Shown: positions 17,101 through 25,852, counted from the stretch's first letter. The stretch: 64,000 bases of DNA from Candidatus Dormiibacterota bacterium (GCA_035635555.1 DASQAT010000054.1:11885-75884); one strand, 5' to 3'. The notes: generated by a model not told the origin, from the letters alone. A program made the numbers and translations.

Positions 17101-17979
17101 GTCGAACTGCGCCCGGGGGCGAAACGACCCGTTCCCGACGCCGAACAGGATGGAGACGGCGCCCGGGTTCGCGGTGGCGAGGTCCGGAACGCCGTCCGCG
17201 TTGAAGTCGCCCGTCCTCAGAGTCGTGGCCGGACGCGGTCCCGCGGCATAGAGGACCGGCGGATCGAAGCTCCCGTCCCCATGCCCTAGTACCACGGCGA
17301 TCTCCCCCTGGGAGCAGGTCGGGTCGCCGGTGGCGCAGAACCCTTCCGCCGCCAGATCGACCTTTCCGTCCGCGTTGAAATCGGCCGCGACCAGCGCCCG
17401 GGGCAAACGACCCGCCGGGACCTTCCGAATGTCCCACAATCCGAACCCGCCACGACTGAGGTAGACGTAGACGCTTCCCGTGGAAATCTCGGAGACCGCG
17501 ACGTCCACGCTGTCGTCGCCGTTGAAATCGGCAATCACAAGGGATACCGCCTGGGTCGCGCCGCTGGGCGGAGTGTACCTTGTGAGGGGATCGAAATGCC
17601 CATCCCCGGAGTTGAGAGTCACGCCGAACCCTCCTCCAATGGTGACGACCAGATCGAGATCGCCGTCGAGGTCCAGATCGTTCAGGGCGATTGCAAGCGG
17701 AGCGGCGTTGAGGGGCGTGAAACTCCGCGGCTCGAACGTGCCGTCCCCCCGGCTGATGAGGACGGAGATTCCCCCGGCGAGATTGTCGGTCGTCACCAGG
17801 TCGAGTATCCCGTCTCCGTTCATGTCCCCGATCGCCGACCCGAACGAGGCTGGACCGATCTCGGAGGTTGCCCCCGCGAAGACCGGTTCGGCGAGCGTCT
17901 GGCGATTGCCGACAACGACGGACCCGAGGCAAGACAGAAGTATGGCCATCGTCCGAAGGGTGGTGGATTGGATCATCAT
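14134..17979 (-). CDS. giant secreted FG-GAP/VCBS + thrombospondin type-3 repeat protein with conserved C-terminal module
   Basis: A signal peptide (MAILLSCLGSVVVG) follows ATG 17979; the track start at 17988 is TTG. There are more than 10 FG-GAP/VCBS repeats, then TSP3-type calcium-binding repeats, then a module shared with 37047-40829, then the shared 85-aa C-terminus. Confidence 0.9.
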   Translation of the reverse strand: MMIQSTTLRTMAILLSCLGSVVVGNRQTLAEPVFAGATSEIGPASFGSAIGDMNGDGILDLVTTDNLAGGISVLISRGDGTFEPRSFTPLNAAPLAIALNDLDLDGDLDLVVTIGGGFGVTLNSGDGHFDPLTRYTPPSGATQAVSLVIADFNGDDSVDVAVSEISTGSVYVYLSRGGFGLWDIRKVPAGRLPRALVAADFNADGKVDLAAEGFCATGDPTCSQGEIAVVLGHGDGSFDPPVLYAAGPRPATTLRTGDFNADGVPDLATANPGAVSILFGVGNGSFRPRAQFDTMSDPFSLVVADFNRDRKDDIAFVASDRFAVLLGREDESLRSTQPGATGGLPFALAAADFNGDGGVDLVINHRSPTLGFEPGYASVYLGQGDGTFRQRALSMEADPTALVDADLNEDGRPDLVVPMKGNAGVSIFLNQGAENFLAAATVPAGSGPTAALASDFNGDGHVDLAVTNGASNDVSILLGDGAGHLVPGSRPGVGSTPSSIAAGDFNEDGVVDLAVTNSFFDYTGATGDLSILVGVGDGTFAPESRISVSVGPQLVVVADFNLDGHDDLAVVSTDRYTWGIFLLLGRGDGTFTSGTTLSNLLAPQSLATGDLNGDTLPDLVVSSAGQGVIATYLGQGDGEFLPAKTMFVLGESGSIVLADFDADGRLDLAARSLWDGPFQDKVLVLRGGGDGTFSPLSRFAVGAGPAAMIARDLDGDNRPDLAIAGDGLGSNGIMTLLFNRHPGPDSDHDGVPDESDDCTDTDHDGFGDPGFPANTCPTDNCPHVANPDQANGDHDALGDACDACTDSDHDGWGDAGYPQNLCAPDNCPAVVNPFQADADHDGAGDACDTCSDPDGDGYGSRSRVFPMTCPLDNCGNVYNPGQEDADGDGIGDLCDPCPHDAANDYDRDGVCGDVDNCPLLPNPSQVDQDHDGRGDGCDNCPTVPNPDQADGNHDGSGDACQPSVRIYAVRDQGGSELEVFATAQDPQGETLNGTIQVLETKATSRDLPDMGLTRNCADGIFPENIPGEGIGFANGSIGFPVLFDHQLGASNFSLPCGSGFSTYYLARGSCDLAGGFDTTLFLEGLPLPAPICLLKGGFGGPRFDATVLGYDTGSIAMNLQQKLTLTFPFTGVLPTQVDISGLSVGAEHSLRITATDGNTLPASAEAPFLYQGESVMTFRPPITTVSDILINFTSGPGKGAGLLTWTTDLEFDLLGFNVVTYDARGSRVQLNSVVIPCEECITGTGHTYTFVVPKHKSGRSVYIEVVHVDHKVDLFGPSRRE
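15094..15747 (-). repeat. thrombospondin type-3-like repeat coding region
   Basis: Iterated DNCPxxxNPxQxDxDxDGxGDxCD units, for example DNCPHVANPDQANGDHDALGDACD and DNCPTVPNPDQADGNHDGSGDACQP. Confidence 0.7.
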
Positions 17980-18166
17980 GGTCTCCAAAGGCAGGTCGGT
18001 ACCGAATTATACCGCCAAATCAGGGCTTTTCCGCAGGATTGACGGACCGACCCTCGTGGGTTGCGTGATGGTCTTCGCCGGCGCCGTGCTGCACGTATTT
18101 GCCGCCCGGCCCCGCCCGGAGTTATAGTTCTGGGCAGTCCACCTCCATCTGCGGGAGTCCTGCGGC

Positions 18167-20230
18167 TTGGCCTCGGAAGAGCTCTTCAAAGTCATCGGGA
18201 ACGAGGCCAGGCTCGAGGCGCTGCGGCGGACGATGCTTCTCGATTCGCCGCCCGAGGAGGCGTTCGACCGGTTGACGCGCCTGGCGACGACCGTGCTGCG
18301 CGTGCCGGTGGCGCTCGTGTCGCTGGTGGACGGCGATCGGCAGTTCTTCAAGAGTCAATGCGGGCTGACCGAGCCGCTCGCTTCCACGCGGCAGACCCCT
18401 CTGACCGACTCGTTCTGCAAGCATGCCGTGGGATCGGGGGAGCCTCTCGTCGTGCCGGACGCGCGGCGCGATCCGCGCTTCGAGAACAACCTCGCCGTCT
18501 CCGACGGCGTGATCGCGTACGCGGGAATCCCGCTGATCACCTCCGACGGACACGCCCTCGGGACGTTCTGCGTCGTGGACGGGCAGCCTCACGCATGGAC
18601 CGAGGAGGAGATCGGGATCCTGCGGATCCTCGCGACGTCCGCGATGTGCGAGATCGAGCTGCGGCGCGTGGTGGGTGATCTGCGGAATGTCGTGCAGTCC
18701 CGGACTGCCGAGCTCCGAACGTCCGAGGAACGCCTGCGCGTCCTGCTCGACGTCAACAACGCCATCGTCACGTGTCTCGACCGCGATTCCCTGTTCTCGG
18801 CAACCGTGGCCGCGCTGCGGTGCGCGATCCCGTTCGACCGGGCCGCGCTCGTCCTGCACGATCCCGTCAGGGATGTCTTCAGGGTGCTGGGGGTCGCGGG
18901 GGCCGTGCCGTCGCCGACTCTCATCCCACTCGGGACCGAGTGGCCGAGGCAGGGGTCCCGCGCCGGCTGGGTGTTCGATCACCACGCGCCGCTTCTGACG
19001 CCGGATCTCGAGAAGGCGCCTCCGTTCCCCGAGCACGCTCCGCTGCTCAAGGAGGGGATCCGTTCCGCGGTCTCGGTTCCCCTGTCGACCAAGGGGAAGA
19101 TCCTCGGAACGCTGAACGTCGGGAGCCACACGCCCGGGCGGTACTGCGAGGACGACGCCTCGCTGCTCGTGGCGATCGGCGAGCAGGTGGCGCTCGCCAT
19201 CGAGAATCTGCTGGCCTACGAGCAGATCGCGACCTTGAAGGCGCGCCTCGAGGAGGAGAAGGTCTATCTTCAGGAAGAAGTCCGGACGGAGGCCGCGTTC
19301 GGCGACGTCGTGGGGGAGTCCCCGGTCATCCACGCCGTCCTCGCGAACGTGCGCCAGGTGGCGAAGACCGATTCCACCGTGCTGGTCACCGGCGAGACGG
19401 GGACCGGCAAGGAGCTGATCGTCCGCGCGATCCACGGTCTGAGCCTGCGGAAGGACAAACTCCTGGTGAAGGTGAACTGTGCCGCCCTCCCGGCGGGTGT
19501 GATCGAAAGCGAGCTGTTCGGGCACGAGAAGGGGGCGTTCACCGGCGCGCTTGCGCGGAAGGTCGGCCGGTTCGAGCTCGCCAACGGGGGCACGCTCTTT
19601 CTCGACGAGGTCGGCGACCTTCCGCTCGAGCTGCAGGCGAAGCTCCTGCGTGTGCTGCAGGACGGCGAGTTCGAACGCGTCGGCGGGACGCAGACGTTGA
19701 AGGTCAACGTGCGGCTGGTGGCGGCCACGAATCGCGACCTCGAGCGGGCGGTCGGCGAGGAGCGCTTCCGGGCGGACCTCTTCTACCGGCTCAACGTCTT
19801 TCCGATCGTCGTGCCGCCGTTGAGAAAGCGGCTGCAGGACGTCCCCCGTCTCGCCCGGCACTTCGCCATGCTGTACGCGTCGAAGATGGGAAAGCACGTG
19901 GGCTCGCTGGGGGACGACGTACTGGGCCGGCTGACCGCCTACTCCTGGCCGGGGAACGTGCGCGAGCTGCAGAACGTCATCGAGCGGGCGGTCATCCTGT
20001 CGCCCAAGGGGCACTTCGTGCTCGGCGAGTTCGCGCCCGCGCCGGCCGGCGGGGACGCCCGGCAGGAAGCGCGCCGGCTCGAGGAGGTCGAGCGCCGGCA
20101 CATCCTCACGGTTCTCGAGGAGACCGGCTGGCGGGTCAGCGGTGAGCGCGGCGCCGCCAGGATCCTGGACCTCAAGCGCACGACCCTCGAGGCCCGCATG
20201 AAGAAGCTCGGCATCCACCGCAATCCCTGA
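18167..20230 (+). CDS. sigma-54-dependent transcriptional activator with two N-terminal GAF domains (no receiver domain)
   Basis: It has two GAF-like sensor regions, then an AAA+ sigma-54 interaction domain (GETGTGKELIVRAIH, ESELFGHEKGAFTGA, DEVGDLPLELQAKLLRVLQ, RLVAATNRDL), and a C-terminal Fis-type HTH (ERRHILTVLEETGWRVSGERGAARILDLKRTTLEARMKKLGI). The start is TTG with GGGAG 9 nt upstream. Confidence 0.9.
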   Translation: MASEELFKVIGNEARLEALRRTMLLDSPPEEAFDRLTRLATTVLRVPVALVSLVDGDRQFFKSQCGLTEPLASTRQTPLTDSFCKHAVGSGEPLVVPDARRDPRFENNLAVSDGVIAYAGIPLITSDGHALGTFCVVDGQPHAWTEEEIGILRILATSAMCEIELRRVVGDLRNVVQSRTAELRTSEERLRVLLDVNNAIVTCLDRDSLFSATVAALRCAIPFDRAALVLHDPVRDVFRVLGVAGAVPSPTLIPLGTEWPRQGSRAGWVFDHHAPLLTPDLEKAPPFPEHAPLLKEGIRSAVSVPLSTKGKILGTLNVGSHTPGRYCEDDASLLVAIGEQVALAIENLLAYEQIATLKARLEEEKVYLQEEVRTEAAFGDVVGESPVIHAVLANVRQVAKTDSTVLVTGETGTGKELIVRAIHGLSLRKDKLLVKVNCAALPAGVIESELFGHEKGAFTGALARKVGRFELANGGTLFLDEVGDLPLELQAKLLRVLQDGEFERVGGTQTLKVNVRLVAATNRDLERAVGEERFRADLFYRLNVFPIVVPPLRKRLQDVPRLARHFAMLYASKMGKHVGSLGDDVLGRLTAYSWPGNVRELQNVIERAVILSPKGHFVLGEFAPAPAGGDARQEARRLEEVERRHILTVLEETGWRVSGERGAARILDLKRTTLEARMKKLGIHRNP

Positions 20231-20370
20231 TCGACTGCCATCCCTTCGGCATTCTCCCAACTGGTCGGCATGCATCCCCGCTCCGGCTCCGCCGGATCGG
20301 TAAGTCGTCCATCCACCCAACTCGACTCCGTTCAGCGGCTTCCGTTCATTCGGCGCGCGTGAGACGCGCC

Positions 20371-20386
20371 TGGCACGCGGCGTGCC
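20371..20386 (+). promoter_or_regulatory. sigma-54 (-24/-12) promoter candidate
   Basis: TGGCAC-GCGGC-GTGC has the canonical GG-N10-GC spacing (consensus TGGCAC-N5-TTGC). It lies 39 nt upstream of the STAS gene start and immediately downstream of the sigma-54 activator gene. Confidence 0.55.
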
Positions 20387-20424
20387 TATAGACCTCCCGT
20401 AGCCAAAGTGACGAGGAGGTCGAC

Positions 20425-20736
20425 GTGACGCTGAGGATCACACGCGAAAGGGGCTCTCGCTACCGGGCCAATCTGAGGCTCGAAGGGCGACTCGTCGCGG
20501 AGTGGGCCGCGCTGCTCGAGCGGGAATGCCTGGATCTTCTTCTGTCCCGTGGCGCGGTGAGACTCGATCTGGCGGGCGTCGTCTTCGTCGATCTGGCCGG
20601 TGTCGATTCCCTTCGGCGGCTCAGCCACATGGGAGTCGAGATCCACTGTCGGTCCAGGCTGGTCGCGAGCGTGCTCGAAGGGGAGGGCGTCCACGTCACG
20701 GTGGACGCGGACAGTGCGGACGAGGGGCGCCCTTAG
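20425..20736 (+). CDS. STAS-domain protein (anti-sigma-antagonist-like)
   Basis: GAGGAGG precedes a GTG start. LRLEGRLVAEWAALLERE...VRLDLAGVVFVDLAGVDSLRRL is a typical STAS beta-alpha pattern. Confidence 0.75.
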   Translation: MTLRITRERGSRYRANLRLEGRLVAEWAALLERECLDLLLSRGAVRLDLAGVVFVDLAGVDSLRRLSHMGVEIHCRSRLVASVLEGEGVHVTVDADSADEGRP

Positions 20737-20752
20737 GAAGAGGAGGACAACC

Positions 20753-21214
20753 ATGCGCATGTTCTCGAAGCTGGTCATCGGCGTCGCGGCCTCGGCCCCC
20801 TCGACCAGGGGAAGGTTGATGGGAGGCTTCACGCTTCCCGTCGCCGCGAAGTGGAACCACCGCATGCTCCCGGCCGGGGAGTACAAGTTCGTCGTTTCGC
20901 CCGCGATCTCCCGGGCCTGGGTGTACGTGCGTGGCGACGGCGAGGCCGCCGTGTTCTACGCGGCGTCGATCGAATGGGCCATCGGCGCACCCGGCGGTCT
21001 GCTGTGTCTCGTCTACGACGAGAGCGGCTATCGCGTTCGCTCCCTCAAGCTGCGGGACACGAGGAAGATTCTCTACTTCGACTCTCGGAGTCCGGTGCTG
21101 GTCTCCGGCGAAGCGCCGGCGTGCCCCGGTGTCCTTTTCGTCCCTCTGAAGACTGAAGAACCGGGCGTCCCGGCAATCCGGCCGGGCCGCCCCATCCCCC
21201 AACGTCCTAATTGA
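20753..21214 (+). CDS. hypothetical secreted protein
   Basis: AGGAAGAGGAGG lies upstream of ATG 20753, and there is an N-terminal signal-like segment MRMFSKLVIGVAASAP. The longer track ORF starting at 20600 overlaps the STAS gene out of frame. Confidence 0.65.
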   Translation: MRMFSKLVIGVAASAPSTRGRLMGGFTLPVAAKWNHRMLPAGEYKFVVSPAISRAWVYVRGDGEAAVFYAASIEWAIGAPGGLLCLVYDESGYRVRSLKLRDTRKILYFDSRSPVLVSGEAPACPGVLFVPLKTEEPGVPAIRPGRPIPQRPN

Positions 21215-21224
21215 GGAGCTCCGA

Positions 21225-22679
21225 ATGATGCGCATCGAATCGAGACGTCTCGCGGCACCGCTGGTGCTCTCCGCGGCGATGGCCGGCGCCCTGGTGCTCG
21301 GCGCCTCGCAGGTTGCGTCGACAGTGCCCGGTGTCGAGATCGACAAAATCTCCCCGCCCTGCCATCCGAACCCGCATGCCCAGGCCGACATCGCGTCGGT
21401 CGCCGGCCGGGGCGATATCAGGTCGCTGCCGCTGCCTCTCAAGCAGCGGATTCTCAGGCTCGCCGGCCGGCCCCACAGCACGCTGCCGATCCAGGCATTC
21501 GCGGAGGCGGACCAGCCGAGCCAGTTGTTCCAGTACTACCTCGTGGACACGCATCATTTCGAGCCGAACGTGTTCACGACCATTTTCCCCGGCGTGAACG
21601 ACGCCGTCGAGCTCACCGTGACCGGCGCCGACTGCGGCCTGCCGACGGTCGGGGCGGTCCGCCTCGTGGTCGAGCCGAAGCCCGGCCTCCCGACGGACCC
21701 GAACGACGTCCGCGCCTTCATCGATGTGTTCACCGACATCCACCCCCTCTTCGTCATCAACAACGAGAGCGGCTGGTACGAGGGCTGGATGATCCACGAT
21801 CTCCGGGTCGCGCCGGTCGCCGCACCGCGCCCGAACGGACACCCGCAGTTCGGGACGATCCTCCAGGTCGATGCCGACCGGTTGCGGGGGATGGGAACGG
21901 GCAACAACGTCTTCGGCCATCTCTTCACGACCGACGGCGGCGCGGTCCGGTTCCCGTCCGAGTCCGATCATTTCCCCGATGTCCACGGCAACCTCGTCCC
22001 GATCTACCTGAGCATGGGGGCCTACAACGCGCTGCAGCAGAGCGACGTGCACTCATACTGGGAGTTCAACTACACGACCAACTGGGTCTTCCCGCTCTAC
22101 GAGCTCCCCTTCACGGGCGGCATCGCGGGCACGTTCGAGGCCGGACAGATCGGCGCCCTCAGCGATCTCGTCCCCGGCTCGGGGCCCTCGGGTTTCCAGA
22201 ACGACCCGACGAGATACGGGGACAGTCCGTTCCTCCCCCGCGACCCGGACAAGTTCGACGGGGACGACGACGCGCAGCGCGAGTTCAGGAACCGCTTCAT
22301 CCCGAGCGGCCTGGCGAACGAGATCTACCTCGATGTGTTCGAGCGCGTGGCGTCGTTCGAGCCGGGGCTGACTGCGCTGCCGCAACGAATCTTCGATGCC
22401 TACGCGCACGAGGTCGCCCGGGTCGATCAGGACAGGGACGGCGTCATCTCGGCGGTCGAGGGGGACGTGGACAGCGCCAGCGACGGGTTCGACGACAACG
22501 CGCGCCTGTTCCTCCCCGCGACCAGCTACGACCGGTTCGCGGTGACGCGCGAGATCAACGACGGCATGCTGGCGCCGCGCTTCGCCAACGCACAGCGCGC
22601 CTGGGTCCTGACGGGGTTCGCGACGTCGGTGTCCCCCGCGGTGCCGGCGTCGGAAGGGAGGGATTCAGACGACCGATAG
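21225..22679 (+). CDS. hypothetical secreted protein (484 aa)
   Basis: GAGGAG precedes the ATG and there is a signal peptide (LVLSAAMAGALVLGASQVAS). It contains an acidic EF-hand-like stretch, DQDRDGVISAVEGDVDSASDGFDD. No family was recognised. Confidence 0.8.
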   Translation: MMRIESRRLAAPLVLSAAMAGALVLGASQVASTVPGVEIDKISPPCHPNPHAQADIASVAGRGDIRSLPLPLKQRILRLAGRPHSTLPIQAFAEADQPSQLFQYYLVDTHHFEPNVFTTIFPGVNDAVELTVTGADCGLPTVGAVRLVVEPKPGLPTDPNDVRAFIDVFTDIHPLFVINNESGWYEGWMIHDLRVAPVAAPRPNGHPQFGTILQVDADRLRGMGTGNNVFGHLFTTDGGAVRFPSESDHFPDVHGNLVPIYLSMGAYNALQQSDVHSYWEFNYTTNWVFPLYELPFTGGIAGTFEAGQIGALSDLVPGSGPSGFQNDPTRYGDSPFLPRDPDKFDGDDDAQREFRNRFIPSGLANEIYLDVFERVASFEPGLTALPQRIFDAYAHEVARVDQDRDGVISAVEGDVDSASDGFDDNARLFLPATSYDRFAVTREINDGMLAPRFANAQRAWVLTGFATSVSPAVPASEGRDSDDR

Positions 22680-22725
22680 AGGGACGCTGAAACACATCGA
22701 TCTCATCTACAAGGGAGACATCAAG

Positions 22726-23481
22726 ATGAAGCCCGTCATCATCGCACTCGCGCTGTTCATGTTCCTGTCGCCGGCGCTCACCATGGCCGCGCCGGTCGTG
22801 TTCGAATCCTCGGGGGCAACCCCGGCCGATATCCAGGCCTCGGTCGATGCCTTCCGTGCCTTCCTCGGGGCCCTCAACCCCAACGTGGCCGGCTCGTTCC
22901 CCAGTGGCCGCCGGGAGATCAACTGGGATGGCGTCCCGGACGCCTTCTCGGCCCCGAACAATCTCCCGCCGAACTTCTTCAACGCCAATTCCCCGCGTGG
23001 CGCGGTGTTCTTCACCCCGGGGTCGGGCTTCCAGGTGAGCGCGGACAGCGACAATCCGACGAACACGCCGGTCCGTTTCGGGAATCTCCACCCCGACTTT
23101 CCCAGGATCTTCAGTACCTTCAGCCCGCAGCGACTCTTCGCGGCTCTCGACAGCAACATCACCGAGACGGTCTTCTTCGTGCCCGGCAGCCGCACAGGCG
23201 CAACCGTCGGTGGATTCGGTTCGGTCTTCACCGGCGTCAATCAGACCGCCAGCACCAGGATCGAATATTTCGACGCCAGTGGTCGGCTGCTCTTCAGCCG
23301 TAATGTCCTGCCGGGGCCCGAGACTCCCGGCAACCTCTCGTTCCTGGGGGTGGGCTTCGATGCCGGCGAACGTGTCTACATGGTGCGGATCACCAGCGGG
23401 AATCGTGCCCCGGGGACACCGGGTCGAGACGTCGTCGTCATGGACGACTTCATCTACGGCGAGCCGCAGGTGTCGCCCTAG
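22726..23481 (+). CDS. hypothetical secreted protein (251 aa)
   Basis: AGGGAGA precedes the ATG and there is a signal peptide (IIALALFMFLSPALTMA). The composition is beta-rich. No family was recognised. Confidence 0.8.
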   Translation: MKPVIIALALFMFLSPALTMAAPVVFESSGATPADIQASVDAFRAFLGALNPNVAGSFPSGRREINWDGVPDAFSAPNNLPPNFFNANSPRGAVFFTPGSGFQVSADSDNPTNTPVRFGNLHPDFPRIFSTFSPQRLFAALDSNITETVFFVPGSRTGATVGGFGSVFTGVNQTASTRIEYFDASGRLLFSRNVLPGPETPGNLSFLGVGFDAGERVYMVRITSGNRAPGTPGRDVVVMDDFIYGEPQVSP

Positions 23482-23619
23482 GCCGGTGCGCATGCAACGT
23501 CGAGCTTGATATGATCGTCCGGGTGTCCGCCGGCGGACAGTCGCTCCGCCGGCGGGCATGATCTCGGGTGCAACACTCTTCGCACCACGTTGGAAGGTGT
23601 CGCGCAAAAGGAGCGACCG

Positions 23620-24543
23620 ATGGATATTCTTCTCGCAATTGGGAACACATCGATGGTCCGGCTTCGCAAGGTCGTACCGGCCGGATGCGCGGACATCTTC
23701 GTGAAGCTCGAGTGGGAGAACCCTTCCGGCAGCTTCAAGGACCGGATGGCGCTGGCGGTGATCTCGCGGGCCGAGGAGGATGGGCGGCTGAAGAGCGGTG
23801 ACACCGTCCTCGAGTACACGGGCGGCAGCACAGGGACATCTTTGGCGTTGATCTGCGCCGCCAAAGGCTACCCTATCCGGATCGTCAGCTCCGACGCGTT
23901 CAGCCAGGAGAAGCTGGATCACATGGCGGCGCTGGGCGCGGAGCTGACCCTCGTCCCGAGCGAAGGGGGCCGGACCACCAAGAAGCTGATCCTCGACATG
24001 ATCGAGGCGGCCCGCAAGTTGAGCCGGGAGCCGCACACCTACTGGACCGACCAGCTCAACAACAAGGACAGCCTCGCCGGCTACTACCCGCTGGGCGAGG
24101 AGATCTGGAGTCAAACCAAGGGAGAGATCGACGCCTTCGTTCACTGCGTGGGCACGGCGGCTTCATCGCGGGGAGTCGCGACGGTGCTGAAGCGACACAA
24201 GCCGGGCATCAAGATCGTCGTCGTCGAGCCGGCCGAGTCCTCGGTGCTGCTGGGAGGCCAGGCGGGGCCTCACAACATCGAAGGCGTCGGGATCGGCTTC
24301 AGCCCCCCGCTCTGGGACCCGACCCTCGTGGACGAGATCCTTCCGGTCAGGACGGACGACGCGAAGGAGATGGCGAGGCGCATCGCGCGCGAGGAGGCGC
24401 TGTTCGCGGGGACGTCCTCCGGTGCCAACGTCGTCGCCGCGATCCGGGTGGCTAAGCGGCTTGGGCTGGGTGCCAGGGTGGTCACGTTGATGGGCGACTC
24501 CGGCCTGAAGTACCTGAGCACTGACGTATACAGGAAGAGATAA
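23620..24543 (+). CDS. PLP-dependent cysteine synthase family protein
   Basis: AAAGGAG precedes ATG 23620. Motifs are LEWENPSGSFKDRMA (PLP lysine), TGGSTGTSLA and GTAASSRG. This is the CysK/CysM fold family. Confidence 0.9.
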   Translation: MDILLAIGNTSMVRLRKVVPAGCADIFVKLEWENPSGSFKDRMALAVISRAEEDGRLKSGDTVLEYTGGSTGTSLALICAAKGYPIRIVSSDAFSQEKLDHMAALGAELTLVPSEGGRTTKKLILDMIEAARKLSREPHTYWTDQLNNKDSLAGYYPLGEEIWSQTKGEIDAFVHCVGTAASSRGVATVLKRHKPGIKIVVVEPAESSVLLGGQAGPHNIEGVGIGFSPPLWDPTLVDEILPVRTDDAKEMARRIAREEALFAGTSSGANVVAAIRVAKRLGLGARVVTLMGDSGLKYLSTDVYRKR

Positions 24544-24561
24544 CATAGGGTCACGACGCCG

Positions 24562-24870
24562 ATGCTGGAGCTCCGCCCGACCTGCGAGAACTGCAACAAG
24601 GCCTTGCCGCCTGACTCGATCGAGGCACGCATCTGCAGCTATGAATGCACCTTTTGCGCGCCTTGCGTCAACAACGTCCTGGGGAACATCTGCCCGAACT
24701 GCGGCGGCGGATTCGTCCCGAGGCCGATCAGGCCGGCGACGAACTGGAAAGGCGACAACTTCCTCGGCAAAGACCCGGCGAGCACCAAAGTCCGGCACCG
24801 ACCGGTCGATCCCGCGGTACACGCGAAGTTCTCGGCGCCCATCCGGAGCATTCCGCCGGAGAAGAGGTAG
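24562..24870 (+). CDS. DUF1272-domain zinc-ribbon protein
   Basis: MLELRPTCENCNKALPPDS...ARICSYECTFCAPCV...CPNCGGGFVPRPIRP matches the DUF1272 pattern. Confidence 0.8.
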   Translation: MLELRPTCENCNKALPPDSIEARICSYECTFCAPCVNNVLGNICPNCGGGFVPRPIRPATNWKGDNFLGKDPASTKVRHRPVDPAVHAKFSAPIRSIPPEKR

Positions 24871-24877
24871 TGCGTGC

Positions 24878-25807
24878 ATGACGATGACACCGCTGTCGAG
24901 GGCCATTCTCGAGGGTGGATGCGCCGGCCTGGCGTACGGCGTGGTGTTGTCTCTGCTGAGTCTGGGAACGGCCGCTTCCGGTCATGGCTCTTTCATCCTG
25001 ATCGTTCTTTCGTCGGCTCCGCTGGGCTCTTTCGGCCTGATCGGAGCATTCGTTGCCACTCCCGTTCTGTGGGCTCTCATCGGCGGGCTCGCGGTGGCTG
25101 CCCGCGCCGGCCGATTCGAGCGGAGCGCGGTGCTGCTGCCGGCGCTTCATGTCCTGGCCGTGTTGATTCTGATCGAATTGAGCGATGCGAGCCCGGGGCG
25201 TGAGTTCCGCGATGCTCTGATCGAGACCCCCTGGCCCATGGCGGCATGGTCCCTTCTCTACGTGGCGGGCCAGGTCGCGCTCTGGCGATACCTGCGGGGA
25301 ACCGTGCAACACCTCTTCGGACGCTGGATCACTGCGGGCAGGCTCGATTCGCGCAAGCTGTTCTCATGGGCTTGGCTCCTGTACGCGGTGTCGCTCGTCA
25401 TCCCGGCGGCTCTCCCTCAGGGGCTCGCGAGTGCGGGCGATCGGATTCTCTTCGGGTGGCAGATGGCATGGCTCAGCGGTGCGCTCATAGGACTGCTTCT
25501 CGGCTCCCGTGGTTCGGAAGGCCTCCTCGTCTGGTTTCCTGCGGTTCTTCTGAGCGGAAACGTCTTCATGCTGTGGTCGGCCATCGCGGTCCAGCGCGGG
25601 CGCCGCTTCGACTCGGCGTGGGTGCTCGTGCCTCTCGTCGCCGCGACACTCGTGGCGTGCGCCCCGGGCCTCGGGTACATGCCCGGGCGCATGTCCGAGG
25701 AATTTCACATGCGTCTCGGACCGGGGTACTATGCGTGGGTCGCGTCGCTCATCGTCCTGTGCGCGGCCATGGTGAAGTCGGCTTCGCAGGTGAGGTCTCC
25801 CGAGTAG
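24878..25807 (+). CDS. hypothetical polytopic membrane protein
   Basis: There are about 8 hydrophobic helices after ATG 24878. The upstream part of the 24641 track ORF overlaps DUF1272 out of frame. Confidence 0.7.
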   Translation: MTMTPLSRAILEGGCAGLAYGVVLSLLSLGTAASGHGSFILIVLSSAPLGSFGLIGAFVATPVLWALIGGLAVAARAGRFERSAVLLPALHVLAVLILIELSDASPGREFRDALIETPWPMAAWSLLYVAGQVALWRYLRGTVQHLFGRWITAGRLDSRKLFSWAWLLYAVSLVIPAALPQGLASAGDRILFGWQMAWLSGALIGLLLGSRGSEGLLVWFPAVLLSGNVFMLWSAIAVQRGRRFDSAWVLVPLVAATLVACAPGLGYMPGRMSEEFHMRLGPGYYAWVASLIVLCAAMVKSASQVRSPE

Positions 25808-25852
25808 CATCATCTGAGTGTCCGCCAAGGGCTTCCGTGTCTCGGAGTCGGG

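Noticed and set aside
18006-18011. A perfect TATAAT on the minus strand, 26 nt upstream of the 14134-17979 gene start.
   Set aside because: No acceptable -35 or extended -10 lies at standard spacing, so I did not list it as a promoter feature. It is mentioned only in the shared-motif finding.
18122-20320. A 732-aa minus-strand ORF covering the sigma-54 activator gene.
   Set aside because: It is a shadow ORF. The plus-strand frame contains unmistakable AAA+ and HTH motifs, whereas the antisense product is low-complexity and Arg/Pro/Gly-rich.
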